From Octopus bimaculoides (Eukaryota), in the NCBI RefSeq assembly GCF_001194135.2, contig NC_069001.1, positions 11,791,307 through 11,843,688 on the forward strand: a DNA stretch of 52,382 nt, written 5' to 3'. Shown in pieces: positions 1 through 13,366 of the stretch; the first letter of the stretch is position 1; each line of letters starts with the position of its first letter. The notes below the pieces were generated by a model that worked only from the letters and a program-made list of their open reading frames with translations, ran no database searches and was not told the DNA's origin. Both the position numbers and the translations under genes were made by a program.

Positions 1-4
1 GTGT

Positions 5-298
5 TATACTCTTTTACTCTTTTACTTGTTTCAGCTATTTGACTGCGGCCATGCTGGAGCACCGTCTTTAGTCGAGCAAATCGCCCCCAGAACTTATTCT
101 TTGGAAGCCCAGTACTTATTCTATCGGTATGTTTTGCCGAACCGCTAGATTACGGGGACGGAAACACACCAGTATCGGTTGTCAAGCGATGTTGGGGGGA
201 CAAACACAGACACACAAACATATACACATACATATATACAGTGGGGTTGAACCTGGAACCATGTGGTTGGTAAGCAACATCACAGCAACTCCTGTGCC
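5..298 (-). mobile_element. tRNA-derived SINE, family A (internal deletion)
   Basis: Reverse complement has a Pol III-like head (AGGCACAGGAGTTGCTGTG...GGTTCAACCCC), body shared with 35736-36110 (GACTGCGGCCATGCTGGAGCACCG.CTTTAGTCGAGCAAATCG) and a (GAGTAAAA)n tail. Confidence 0.85.
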
Positions 299-728
299 TT
301 TACATATATTCTATTACTATAATACCCTCTTCATATCACAGTTTTATTATCACAATGGCTTATAGATACGTAGTAAAGACATCGATTCCTCAAAACGAAC
401 ACCTGTTCAAATCCAGAATAACATAGCTATCCGAAACGACTGGAATGTCACCTCGTTGATTTCTTCTTCCGGCAAAACTACTACACAAAATCTTCAAAGT
501 TACAAATCATTTAACAGCAAAATAATATTCCGACATATCACAGTGGACGTGTATATTTATCCATATCACATGTTTGTATATATTTATGTAGATTGGACCT
601 TACTGACAGCCATGTATTTTCTTGTATTTATTTTCTGTTAAGCTAAAAGACTCGCTCAAATGTTCATCCCTCTCTCGACCAAACCTTATGTTTTACCATG
701 TTATTTCTATAACAACACCGTCTAGTCA

Positions 729-731
729 TTG

Positions 732-782
<51 letters not shown>
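729..782. repeat. (TA)n microsatellite
   Basis: Direct reading. Confidence 0.95.
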
Positions 783-785
<3 letters not shown>

Positions 786-2029
786 GATATGCTGTTCTCA
801 CCGATAACAAATCGACCACAAATATCTATTAGAAAAACTATACTTTTTTTCCCCCTTTAACTAGCTTTGAAGAGACTTGGAAACAACCAACTACTTATTC
901 ACAGAATTGTGAATATGAAATCGTTCATAAAATGGCATCGCACATAGATCATGTTCTCATAAACAACAGATGGTTAGCGTTTATTCATATTCTATTATTT
1001 TTATTATTACTATTATTATTATTATTTGATCTGGGAGCGAAAATTTCCTGAAAGAGATAATACTAACAGCAGATTACTTTGTGAATTATTGCCGTTCACA
1101 AATTTAGACGTCAACATGGACGTTAGTTCATCTTTCTTTGTGTGATATTTGCTCTTTTGTTATACTGTCTTTTAATTTTCTTCTCCCAATTTTCTTGTTA
1201 TCTACGCTACCTCCATTTAATATAGTTTTATTGGAAGGTAAGAATGTTATATATTACACAAAGATCTATGGTTTGTGTTTGAAAACAAAACTGTAGCAAC
1301 AAAAGCAACATTGACATCAACAACAATAACAATAATATTAATAAGTATAATAAGCGTAGCAAAATACTAATAAATAAATAAATAAATACTGCACCCAATT
1401 TCGACCTAACGAAAACTAATGTCTCTATTAAGTGTGTGTTTTCTGCGTATATTTATTATTTCTTCCCCTATATCCAATAATAATTATTGGTTATCTGGTG
1501 GATATCATAAAATTGCAGTAATATAATTGTGTTATAAATTATATATAGAATAACCACAAACTCACACCTCTCAGCTGCTATGAAAAGGGATCAGTAAGTG
1601 TTTGCCGATTCAATAATAAGATGGTAGCTGTTATGATGAAGTGTGTATTCAGTAACGGATCAAATTGTTGATGGTTCGAATTTTATTATGTACAAAGTGA
1701 GGGTGTTACCTATAATAGGAACGTAGATCAATCATATTCGGCATAGATTATAGATAAAGAAATGTATATAACCAAATTAGTTTGAAAGGTAGTAATTATA
1801 TAGTGCCTATGTGTGTGTGAGGTATAGATGTATATACACATGCTTCTATGAATTTATGTACATAGGTATGTATGTGTATATATACCTATGTACATAAATT
1901 ATATATGTACATAGGTATATATACCTATGTGTATATGTATGTATATATATATATAGAGAGAGAGACAGAGGAAGAGTTAGATTTGTATATATAACGAAAG
2001 TTTTTACTTCACTCATTAGGGAACACTAA

Positions 2030-2288
2030 TACACTGACGATTGTGCTGAAACAGGTCTGCAATCTCTTGTATCTGCGTTTGACTCAGCTTGCGATGATTT
2101 GGGCTTAACCATCAAATTGAAGAATAAAACAGTTGTAATGTATCAATCTGTATGTGGTGCTGTTTGCACCCCCGCCTAAATTTTCTGTTAAGGGCAAGAT
2201 AATTGAGGTAGTTGATTCTTTCGTCTACATTGGAAGCTCTGTACAAAATGATGGAAGATTAGACACAGAAATACATTTGTGAATTCAA
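2030..2288 (+). mobile_element. RTE-clade LINE reverse-transcriptase fragment (pseudogenised)
   Basis: Manual translation from 2030: YTDDCAETGLQSLVSAFDSACDDLGLTIKLKNKTVVMYQ, then after a frameshift PKFSVKGKIIEVVDSFVYIGSSVQNDGRLDTEIHL*IQ. This matches the RTE pattern YADD...FGLTISLKKTEVM...F.YLGS...D..I..RI. Confidence 0.85.
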
Positions 2289-3089
2289 TTAAAATTATTT
2301 CTTATGAATGAAGGATATATAATTATGGATCACAGATAACACCTGAAGACACAGAACATTATATACTGGAGGTTATAAATAATAATTAATGGTACGGAGT
2401 GCAGTTGAAGATATCTGTAATGTTTTAAGTATCTTTCAGTTATTGTGTTCAGTTTAGAAGTTGTGTAATAAGAGGAAAAATGAGTCTACCTAGCATACTG
2501 GTTAATATATTTCACTCACGATTGCTAGACGAGGTTTCGATTCCTGGACTAGCTGTAATCTTGAAAAAACGAAAAGCACTTTATTTCCGCTTGGTCCATT
2601 CTACACAGCTGCATCTGAGTTCCACAAACAGCTGTGAATTTAGCCCTGCAACTGACCGACAACACAGTTTCGAAGATAGGGGTAATTTAATCGCAGTCAC
2701 TCACTCATATACCTCATGGAAACCGAATAGAACTCCGGCCTTACGAATTCTAGGATTCCCTTAAAAAAAAAAAAAAGCAATACCAATGCTAGTTTAGTAG
2801 ATTAATAGATATCGTAAACCAACAATTTGAATGCCGTAAGTCGTTTTTGGTGAACCCTCCTCCAGTCATAATTTACATTTTAGACATTCACCACAGCGTA
2901 GCTATTGTCATAAAAAGTTGTCGCGGCTAGATGACGCTTTGAAACCCCATACGAATTTGCTGTGTTGTACAAATGCAGGAATAATCATTTTTGTTATATC
3001 TACGTACGTAAATAACAATTCTTTCAAATGTTGTCACTAGGCCAGCAAAGTTGTGTGGTAGCGGGTAAGTTTATGCCATCAGATGCAGT

Positions 3090-3220
3090 TCTTGACTATT
3101 ATTTTATGTTATCGATAAGTTGACTTCGGAAGAATTTGAACTCGGAAAGTCATGGGTCGCAAAAAATTTACTGCTTTGAATTTTGTCCGATATATTATTC
3201 AGCCAACTCGCCGCCACTAT
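3090..3220 (-). mobile_element. Degenerate SINE family B copy
   Basis: TATCGATAAGTTGACTTCGGAAGAATTTGAACTC...CAGCCAACTCGCCGCC resembles the reverse complement of 11841-11970. Confidence 0.55.
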
Positions 3221-3548
3221 GTAATTAATAATGATGATCATTATAAAAATTTGCAGTAATTTCGATCCTGATATGTACTTGCCAATGTAATTGAAGCTAA
3301 AAAGGCATTGATATTTCGACCGTCCCTTATCTCTTCTAATTTTCTTTTTAATTGTTTTCCTCCCAGCACCAATTATTAATCACTCACTCCACCTCCCTCT
3401 CATTATCTATCTTGCCCATCTCTACCTCTGCCTCATGAAATTTCCACTCATTCCATTTTCTATCGTACACAGTATTCATACTCATTCGCCATATTACTTC
3501 AGCATAGCTTCAATTGCTTCATTCTTTATGAGTCTAACATCCAAGTGT

Positions 3549-3930
3549 GGAGGCGCAATGGCCCAGTGGTTAGGGCAGCGGACTCGCGGTCATAGGATCG
3601 CAGTTTCGATTCCCAGACCGGGCACTGTGAGTGTTTATTGAGCGAAAACATCTAAAAGGTCCACGAGGCTCCGGCAGGGGATGGTGACGAACCCTGCAAT
3701 AGTCTTTCACCACAACTTTCTCTCACTCTTACTTCCTGTTTCTGTTGTGTCTGTAATTCAAAGGGCCAGCCTTGTCACACTATGTCACGCTGAATATCCC
3801 CGAGAACTACGTTAAGGGTACACGTGCCCGTGGAGTGCTCAGCCACTTGCACGTTAATCTCACGAGCAGGCTGTTCCGTTGATCGGATCAACTGGAACCC
3901 TCGACGTCGTAAGCGACGGAGAGCCAACAA
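3549..3930 (+). mobile_element. Full-length tRNA(Arg)-like SINE (octopus OR-type candidate) with 9-bp TSD
   Basis: tRNA-like head with A box TGGCCCAGTGG (3559-3569), B-box-like GTTTCGATTCC (3603-3613) and a TCG anticodon-like loop. Near-identical to 30912-31296. CATCCAAGT flanks both ends (3538-3546; 3934-3942). Confidence 0.9.
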
Positions 3931-5454
3931 CATCATCCAAGTAACAATACTACATTCTTCTTTGTCTCTCTTCAGTCTCCTCTATTGGACGAAGGTCGAA
4001 GCCCTTTTACGTTAGATTCTTCACACATCTCGGTGAATGATTTCACAATCCACTTCTCTGAATAATACAATAATTTAATGTTAAGCTTACCTTTTGTATA
4101 TTAGAATTATCACCACCGATATGAGACCTACCATCCAGTTACCCTATTGATAAACCATTCTACCTGAGAAACATTTCTTTGCTCGATATCCGTTCATGAA
4201 TATTTATGCATTTATAAATATCTATTCCATTACGTTGCCTTATATACATATATTAATGCATACAAAGATACATACACACACACGTGTGTGTGTGTACGAA
4301 GCATGAACGTGTATATATATTTCTGAGCATTGGGAATGTAACACTTAAAACACTCTTATTTTGTATTTATTTTTTAAAAGATCCATGCAAATAAACGATA
4401 CGTTTATTTAAATAGCCGATATCGAGTTTCCGCCCCTTATGGCATATCGCAACAACAACAGCAATGACAAATATTCTTAAAATATTTGCCATGAAATATG
4501 AGACAAAAATGATAAATCAGAGGAGAAGAGCTTACCCTCGTAATTTCCAACATATAATAGATATCCTCCATTGGGTTATGATATGAAATAAAACTGTAAA
4601 ATGAAACTGAATAAATCGTTCTTATTGACAAAATTCTTTGCTGAATAACGTCACTGTGTGTATGAGAGAAGCGAGTATGTCATTATCCTCCAAAATATAT
4701 TTTCTTCTTCATGACAATAGTTAGTTTATAACTGAAAAATAAAATACAAGGAATTGAAAAGAAAACTGGTATCATTTCACATGGTCTTTTGTTTGTTAGA
4801 AATAGCAATGAAAACTCCTTAACTCAACATCGTTTCGTCTAAAATAAAATGACGGAGACATTGGATAATGTAGTGCTAGAAGAGAAGTCTTTTACTTAGA
4901 CAGTAGAACCTTCTTGCGGCATTTGTAAGTTCCTATGTCATCTGAAAATGTCAAGGGTTCACAAAATGTCGAAAGTGAAAAAATATGAGAAAGGGCGTTA
5001 TGGTTGACGCTGAATCAAATTAATGTGGTCACGATTTTTCTGGGAAATGAAATATTTAGACTAGGAACAATAACGAAACATCACGTATTTTCGTTGAAGG
5101 AAACTTTTTCAGTAATAACTCAAGAGGTACACACAATATAGCAAGACTCTAAACAATAACGTACCTATTCATTCTAAATGAATGCTTAAGTTCTGGCAAA
5201 CTCTAGCGTCAATGTGCTGATGGCAGTGGCATTCCTCAATAGTTGATCATCGCATCCCAGTAGATGATGTACGGTATTTTTTGTATATGCGATTCATTGA
5301 CGTAAGTAGGCTTCGAGACCCATACACTGTGAGGGAAATTCAGCAGATGGAAACAGTACAGAGAACCATTGGCTAAATGCTGTTCGTAATTCAACTAAAG
5401 CAGCCTTACTATATATTGTGACGAGGTGAATACAGCTCAGTATTAGGTAAAGAT

Positions 5455-5535
5455 GTATGTCCGTGGAATACTCAGCCACTTAAACGCTGATTAATTCAAA
5501 GACTCATAATTCAGGTGAACGCTTAAGTTGATCAA
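5455..5535 (+). mobile_element. Degenerate SINE 3' tail (shared tail module)
   Basis: TGTCCGTGGAATACTCAGCCACTT resembles TGCCCGTGGAGTGCTCAGCCACTT of the 3549 element. Confidence 0.5.
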
Positions 5536-5829
5536 TCCGTATCGTAGAACGTCGGAGATCCAGCATCACTACCATTACCAACACCAAACCACCACCACTA
5601 TCTCCAATACTACACCATCATGCATACATAGAAACAAACACACACTCACACACAATTATGTGCTCCTTGCTTATTCCTTCAGTTGATGCAATTTTATTCT
5701 GACGAAACGTAAATTTAGTTTTAATTACCGGAAATGGTAATTCTAAAGAGGGAGCGTGTATACATGTGTTCGACAGCCTAGAATTAGTAGTTAAATCCTC
5801 TGCAAATCAAAACCTGCCATCTCCTTATT

Positions 5830-5831
<2 letters not shown>

Positions 5832-5896
<65 letters not shown>

Positions 5897-6482
5897 NNNN
5901 NNNNNNNNNNNNNNNNNNNNNNNNNNNNNNNNNNNNNNNNNNNNNNNNNNNNNNNNNNNNNNNNNNNNNNNNNNNNNNNNNNNNNNNNNNNNNNNNNNNN
6001 NNNNNNNNNNNNNNNNNNNNNNNNNNNNNNNNNNNNNNNNNNNNNNNNNNNNNNNNNNNNNNNNNNNNNNNNNNNNNNNNNNNNNNNNNNNNNNNNNNNN
6101 NNNNNNNNNNNNNNNNNNNNNNNNNNNNNNNNNNNNNNNNNNNNNNNNNNNNNNNNNNNNNNNNNNNNNNNNNNNNNNNNNNNNNNNNNNNNNNNNNNNN
6201 NNNNNNNNNNNNNNNNNNNNNNNNNNNNNNNNNNNNNNNNNNNNNNNNNNNNNNNNNNNNNNNNNNNNNNNNNNNNNNNNNNNNNNNNNNNNNNNNNNNN
6301 NNNNNNNNNNNNNNNNNNNNNNNNNNNNNNNNNNNNNNNNNNNNNNNNNNNNNNNNNNNNNNNNNNNNNNNNNNNNNNNNNNNNNNNNNNNNNNNNNNNN
6401 NNNNNNNNNNNNNNNNNNNNNNNNNNNNNNNNNNNNNNNNNNNNNNNNNNNNNNNNNNNNNNNNNNNNNNNNNNNNNAGATG

Positions 6483-6536
<54 letters not shown>

Positions 6537-6537
6537 A
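5832..6537. repeat. (CA)n / (TA)n microsatellites flanking an assembly gap
   Basis: Direct reading; N run 5897-6477. Confidence 0.95.
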
Positions 6538-6953
6538 ATTAGGAGACGTGCTTTCTGATAACTCAAGAAAAGAAAATAACCCTCTCGATTGTCATTGATG
6601 CAATGAGAGCCTTTGATCATGCATTTGCCCCATAAAGGGCTGAAAGGAAGGGGAGGGGCAAGAACAACAACGAAAGCAAAAATAGCAAAAACAACAACAT
6701 CAATGACAACGGGATGAATCTAGAGTGTTATCGGAAGTAAAAAAAAAAATAAATAATATGATAAAAAAACGCAACAAGGTGGAGGAATTTTATCATACCA
6801 GAAAATCACACAATCTTCCTAATTTATTTCTTTGTTCGTTTCTCTGTTTCTTTTCTTCTTTTATTTATGCATTTATTTATCAATTTGTTCATTCAGTGAT
6901 TTTTCTCCTGATTAACGTATTTCATGGCGTCGCTATGATATATGCATGTGTGC

Positions 6954-6996
<43 letters not shown>

Positions 6997-7479
6997 NNNN
7001 NNNNNNNNNNNNNNNNNNNNNNNNNNNNNNNNNNNNNNNNNNNNNNNNNNNNNNNNNNNNNNNNNNNNNNNNNNNNNNNNNNNNNNNNNNNNNNNNNNNN
7101 NNNNNNNNNNNNNNNNNNNNNNNNNNNNNNNNNNNNNNNNNNNNNNNNNNNNNNNNNNNNNNNNNNNNNNNNNNNNNNNNNNNNNNNNNNNNNNNNNNNN
7201 NNNNNNNNNNNNNNNNNNNNNNNNNNNNNNNNNNNNNNNNNNNNNNNNNNNNNNNNNNNNNNNNNNNNNNCATACATATATATATATATATATATCTATA
7301 TATATATATATCTATATATATATATGAATCTCACTGTTTGCTAGCGTTTGATAGAATATTCTCATAGTATTTCATCCAATTATCCTTTTAAATTTTGGTG
7401 AAATTCAGCATTAATTTAGCAATAGGAAATTTAATTCCTAATTCTCGTTGTTTGATGTTTAAAGATTACACATCTCTTC

Positions 7480-7766
7480 CAATCTCACTCCAACACTCAA
7501 TCCACAATTCCTCTCATTCTTTCTCTCTCTCCCTTATTTTCTCTTTGTCTTTTCTCATTATCTCCTCATCCTTTCGGATCTTGCTCTCTCTCTCGCTTTC
7601 TATTTCCATTATAGCATCTTTTTCTACCTGTTCTCTGCCGGTCTGTCTCTGTTTCTTTGTTTGTCTTATTCTTTATTTCTCTTATATTTTTTTCTCCTGT
7701 CTTTCTCTACCTCGTCCTACTCTTTCTCGCCCTGTCCTGTTATAAGTGTCATGTTCTTCAACTCAC

Positions 7767-7806
<40 letters not shown>

Positions 7807-8029
7807 TCTCTCTCTCTCTCTCATACACACACCATCTCTCTCTCCCTCTCTCTCTCTCTCTCATACACACACCATCTCTCTCTCCCTCTCTCTCTGTCCC
7901 TATCTATGTTCCTATCTGTGCTTCATTCCTTCTATTCTTCCCCAAATTTTTTCTCGGATTTTTCATTTTCTTTTCTTCCCTTTCACTCTCATTTTCATTT
8001 TACAATTTCTCTGTATCCTTGACGACAGC

Positions 8030-8060
<31 letters not shown>

Positions 8061-8727
8061 CCCCTCTCTCTCTCCCTCTCTCTCTCCCTCTCTCTCNNNN
8101 NNNNNNNNNNNNNNNNNNNNNNNNNNNNNNNNNNNNNNNNNNNNNNNNNNNNNNNNNNNNNNNNNNNNNNNNNNNNNNNNNNNNNNNNNNNNNNNNNNNC
8201 CTCTCTCTCTCCCTCTCTCTCTCCATCTCTCCCTCTCTCTCTCTGTTGTCTATTTCTCTCATTCATTTTCTGTCATTCCCTCTAGATATTTCTCATTCAA
8301 TACGTCTCTCTCTCTCTCTTTCTCCTAGTCTCTCTTTATCTTTGTTCATGTCTCATACATCATTATCTTATTTTCTTTTTTGTACCTCAGCCCCTTCATC
8401 TACCTGCCCTTTCTTGAATCCCTGTCTATCTCCTTTCTTTAATCACCATATCTCTCTCCCTCCCTTCTTCCCTCTCTCTAATTCCTCCTATTCATCCAAA
8501 ATTTCACATTCCTCTGCATCTCTCTTCCATTTCTCTCTTCCGCTCTTTTCCCCTCATCCAGTTCCATTTTCTCTCATATCTATACTTCGTCAATCAGCTC
8601 CCTCCTTTATCCTCTTACACACACACTCTCTCTTTCTCTCTTACACATGCATTGTCTTTCTTTTCCCATATAAATTTGTTTTCCCTTTCATACCCTCCTT
8701 GACGTTCTCCCATGCACATCTTCTCTC

Positions 8728-8766
<39 letters not shown>

Positions 8767-8880
8767 ATCCATCTATCTATCTATCTTTCTGTCTTTCTTA
8801 CAATCTTATCGTCTTTCTCCCACATTCATCTGTTCTCACTTTTTCTCTCTCAATTACCTTTATTATCCATTATTTTAAAA
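7480..8880. repeat. ~1.4-kb polypyrimidine/(CT)n-rich low-complexity tract
   Basis: Direct reading; includes a duplicated TCTCATACACACACCATCTCTCTCTCCC unit at ~7819 and ~7859. Confidence 0.9.
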
Positions 8881-9184
8881 ACTAAAACCCCCACATCCAC
8901 CGGCACCACCACCACCACCACCACCACCGAACGCCACCATCACAACTACCCAACCACCGTTCCAAAGCATTCCCTATCATCATACGTCTCAATTTGTATC
9001 AAGAGATTTATCAGCTGCCGTAATAATGCCTCCAATCAGTTTATTTTCTAATCTGCGATATCATTGAAATCAGTCCGCCATTATCAAGCCTCGTTATGGA
9101 CGACGTCCTTTGTTCTTCGCTTATTGTTATTCATTTTGTTACTATGTGTTATACACCCTTCATTGTTCTGTTGTTATTCATGCT

Positions 9185-9298
9185 ACACTTGTTGTTGTTG
9201 TTATTGTTGCTATCATCATCATCATCATCATCTCGCTTATCATCATTACACCATCATTACATCACCATCACCATCACCATCATTATCATCATCATCAC

Positions 9299-9337
<39 letters not shown>

Positions 9338-9528
9338 CATTATTATTATTATTATTGTTATTATTGATAAAAATAATATTGTTACAACTGAATTAGATAC
9401 AGGATCATTACCATGTCCATACTCTTTTACCACCCCGCTTTTAGCATCAACACCATCGCTATTATCATCACGACCATACGCAACATCATCGTCATTATCA
9501 CATCGTTGTTGTCGTCGCTTTCATCATC

Positions 9529-9560
<32 letters not shown>

Positions 9561-9570
9561 CATCGTCATT

Positions 9571-9605
<35 letters not shown>

Positions 9606-9628
9606 AATTACCATCGTCGTCGTCGTCG

Positions 9629-9680
<52 letters not shown>

Positions 9681-9916
9681 AATCATCATCATCATCGTCA
9701 TTATCATCATCGTTGNNNNNNNNNNTCATCATCATCATCATCATAATTACCATCGTCGTCGTCGTCGTCATCATCATCATCATCATCATCATCATCTTCA
9801 TCATCATCATCATCATCATCATCATCGTCATTATCATCATCGTTGTCGATCGATATCTCCCTCCGTTCTCCACATCTGATTATATGTAATCCGCCACATA
9901 GAAGTTGTGCAAAGGC

Positions 9917-9970
<54 letters not shown>
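9185..9970. repeat. Compound trinucleotide microsatellite (TTG/CAT/TAT/CGT/AAT)n
   Basis: Direct reading; explains the poly-His/Asp/Met/Ile ORFs. Confidence 0.95.
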
Positions 9971-10160
9971 TCTTTCTACTTAAGTCAGAAGGCCTGAAAT
10001 TTGTGAGAGTGGTTTATTTGATTCTATCGATCCCAGTGCTCAACTGGTACTCCATCGAAAGGATGGAAGCGAAAGTCGACCTCGGCAGAATTTGATCTCA
10101 GAACGTGACGACGTACGAGCATCTTGCTCGTCGTTCTAACGATTCTGCCAGGTCAACGTC
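9971..10160 (-). mobile_element. SINE family B
   Basis: AAAGTCGACCTCGGCAGAATTTGATCTCAGAACGT...GATTCTGCCAG is the reverse complement of the 11841 copy; (AAT)n lies at its 3' end. Confidence 0.8.
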
Positions 10161-10294
10161 TTCACAACAACAATAACAATGACAATACTTCTTGAGGCCT
10201 AGGCAACATAAACGCCGGTTATTATGTTTCCCATGGCGTACATCTGACAGAGTTCTCATCATTCTCTTCCTGAAAGCGACGCCAGCCCGATGCA

Positions 10295-10432
10295 GGTTCA
10301 CTCATTTCTAGCTGAGTGGACAGGATCTTGGTGAAAACAAGTGTTTTGCTTTAAAACACAATGCATCGTATAGGCCAGGAATAAAAACTACGCTGTGGTG
10401 ATTGTGAGTGCAGTACACATACTAGGAGGTCA
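10295..10432 (-). mobile_element. SINE family C (tRNA head plus CORE-like domain), degenerate
   Basis: ACTCATTTCTAGCTGAGTGGAC...AAGTGTTTTGCT...AAAACACAATGC is the reverse complement of the 23045-23210 body. Confidence 0.6.
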
Positions 10433-11840
10433 CGTTTCTTTCTTAGTTATCATATCCACATTTTTTGTAATTCTCACAAGTACCATTCTTCCGTACTATA
10501 ACAAATGTTGCCCTCTAAAATAAGACATCCAGTTTGCAAGCTTATGCTTCCAGTAGTCAACCTTTCCTTTGTTAAGTTGTATAGATCATATATAAACAAG
10601 ATTTACTTTTTCACAATACGTGGGCAGTCTTTTTAGTAATTCGAGTTATCGTAGCAGCCATTTTAAATCTGTGAGCGCTTATTTCCGTACTTTATATCCG
10701 ACAGTTCCTTTGTGATGGATGTCAGGGTGTGTTCAACAAATATCAAGTTCTATACTAAAAACAGATATCTGAAAATAAACAGCAGAATAAGAATAAGAAC
10801 ACATGAAAACGAAAGTTAGGAGTAACAGATTCAATGTTTGAAGAGAAGAGAGACAGAGAAAAAGAGAGATAATCCTTGTCGTTTTGTGCACTGTATTCTT
10901 AGATTGGAAGAATGGTAGAATAATCCACGTTAATACTATGATAAATTATATATGTGCATATAAAGGTATATCTGTGTGTGCGTGTGTGTGTGTGTTTGTA
11001 TGAGTGTCAGTGTGCGTGTGTATAAATACACATACTATACATACGTGCTACACATATTGTTATAATCAGGTAGAGACATAATTTAAACATATATATATAT
11101 ATATATANNNNNNNNNNNNNNNNNNNNNNNNNNNNNNNNNNNNNNNNNNNNNNNNNNNNNNNNNNNNNNNNNNNNNNNNNNNNNNNNNNNNNNNNNNNNN
11201 NNNNNNNNNNNNNNNNNNNNNNNNNNNNNNNNNNNNNNNNNNNNNNNNNNNNNNNNNNNNNNNNNNNNNNNNNNNNNNNNNNNNNNNNNNNNNNNNNNNN
11301 NNNNNNNNNNNNNNNNNNNNNNNNNNNNNNNNNNNNNNNNNNNNNNNNNNNNNNNNNNNNNNNNNNNNNNNNNNNNNNNNNNNNNNNNNNNNNNNNATAT
11401 ATGTATATATATTTATTTATTTATTTATTTGTTTATTTATTTATTTATATATACACATATATAAATGTTACTGTGTATCTGTTTGCATATATATATATAC
11501 ATATAACAGGGGTGCGGCCATTGTGAACATATAAGTTATAGAGTGTTCCTAAATGTTAGAGTTCCTTGTCAAATTCTCTGAGCTTATTCCGCAAGAATAT
11601 GTGTAGAAGTATGTCTTATAGTCTCATTCCATTCACAGGCACGAGCTCAAACACGCACACAATTAATCATATACACGCATACACACACACGCTCACACAG
11701 CTAAACACCTACACACACACATACACGTTACCACTCTCATACGACCACACTTACACACACGAGCTACCACCTAACTATATTTCATCACATGTTTGTTTTA
11801 CTCTGGGTTTAGTATCAAGGTAATTAGTAGGACAGAAATT

Positions 11841-12080
11841 GGCGGCGGGCTGGCAGAAACGTTAGCCCGCCGGGCGAAATCCTTACCGGTATTTCATCTG
11901 CCGTTACGTTCTGAGTTCAAAATTCCGCCGAGGTCGACTTTGCCTTTCATCTTTTCGGGGTCGATTAAATAAATACCAGTTTCGCACTGGGGTCGATATA
12001 ATCAACTTAATCCGTTTGTCTGTCCTTCTTTGTCCCCTCTGTGTGTAGCCCCTTGTGGACAGTAAAGAAATAAGAAATTA
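11841..12080 (+). mobile_element. Full-length SINE family B
   Basis: GGCGGCGGGCTGGCAGAAACGTTAGC head; B-box-like GAGTTCAAATTCC; conserved body GCCGAGGTCGACTTTGCCTTTCATC. Confidence 0.9.
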
Positions 12081-12531
12081 GTGCTGGTTAGTGGAACTCA
12101 GAGCGCATCGACATGGGACACTTTNNNNNNNNNNNNNNNNNNNNNNNNNNNNNNNNNNNNNNNNNNNNNNNNNNNNNNNNNNNNNNNNNNNNNNNNNNNN
12201 NNNNNNNNNNNNNNNNNNNNNNNNNNNNNNNNNNNNNNNNNNNNNNNNNNNNNNNNNNNNNNNNNNNNNNNNNNNNNNNNNNNNNNNNNNNNNNNNNNNN
12301 NNNNNNNNNNNNNNNNNNNNNNNNNNNNNNNNNNNNNNNNNNNNNNNNNNNNNNNNNNNNNNNNNNNNNNNNNNNNNNNNNNNNNNNNNNNNNNNNNNNN
12401 NNNNNNNNNNNNNNNNNNNNNNNNNNNNNNNNNNNNNNNNNNNNNNNNNNNNNNNNNNNNNNNNNNNNNNNNNNNNNNNNNNNNNNNNNNNNNNNNNNNN
12501 NTATATATATATATATATATTTACATATATT

Positions 12532-12563
<32 letters not shown>

Positions 12564-12577
12564 CATGTATCTCTCTC

Positions 12578-12647
<70 letters not shown>

Positions 12648-13189
12648 CATATACATATATATATATATTTATATATATATATGTGTGTATTTAGTCATAG
12701 AGTACAAACTTAAAGGCATTATATATATCTTCGACGTATATATTCTGCATAATTATATATATCGATATGCATATGTGCGTGTACTGTTGGATGTGTTGGT
12801 GTGTGTGTATTTGAGCGTGTGTGTGTATGTATGTATATGTATGTATATGCACTTTATTGACATATGCAGAGTAAGTGAAATATTTTGCACTAGTTTGGTA
12901 AATCCTTTGTGTTATTCTACAAGTTAAACAAAACCAGCCTAGCATCCATGGCTCACGCTCAGTACCCGCGATGTTATATCTACCAAGAAGAGGCGGAAGT
13001 TTCAGTTAAGGAGTTCTTCTCATCCAAGACCAGAGTGAGATTAGAGAACTGGCAGAAAGGTGGCTTCTCACAAAATAATACGATGACATCTTTGAATGCC
13101 TGGTCATTTTCTTTTTTTTTTTTTTTTTTTTTTTTTGTATTGCGAAGAATAAAGCAAATATGCTTCCGAAATATTAGTTTCAAATATCG

Positions 13190-13366
13190 GGGAAGTGGCT
13201 ATGTCGCTTACATCGGCCTTCAATGCTCAATTGGTACTTATTTTATCGACCACCGAACGATAGAAGGCAAACTCGGTGGAATTTGAACTCAGAACGTAAC
13301 GACGGACGAAATGCCGTTAAGAATTTTTTTCCAGTGTGCTAAGAATTCTGCCAGCTCTCCGCCTTA
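13190..13366 (-). mobile_element. SINE family B
   Basis: GGTACTTATTTTATCGAC...GAATTTGAACTCAGAACGTAACG...TTCTGCCAGCTCTCCGCC. Confidence 0.85.

Noticed and set aside
2480-2764. 94-aa ORF
   Set aside because: No recognisable motif; length is compatible with chance.
3549-3622. tRNA-Arg gene
   Set aside because: No paired acceptor stem, and it continues into a SINE body with a TSD; same for 30912.
4272-4294. (CA)n(TG)n palindrome
   Set aside because: Trivial juxtaposition of microsatellites.
5698-5712. CTGACGAAACGT
   Set aside because: No stem II or stem I.
9596-9845. Apparent ~120-bp tandem duplication
   Set aside because: The two copies flank a 10-N gap, so they are probably overlapping contig ends.
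9064-9873. Poly-His/Asp/Met/Ile ORFs
   Set aside because: Translation of trinucleotide microsatellite; no splice or domain evidence.
12909-13286. 125-aa ORF as an exon
   Set aside because: It crosses a poly-T run and a SINE; no recognisable domain or splice sites.
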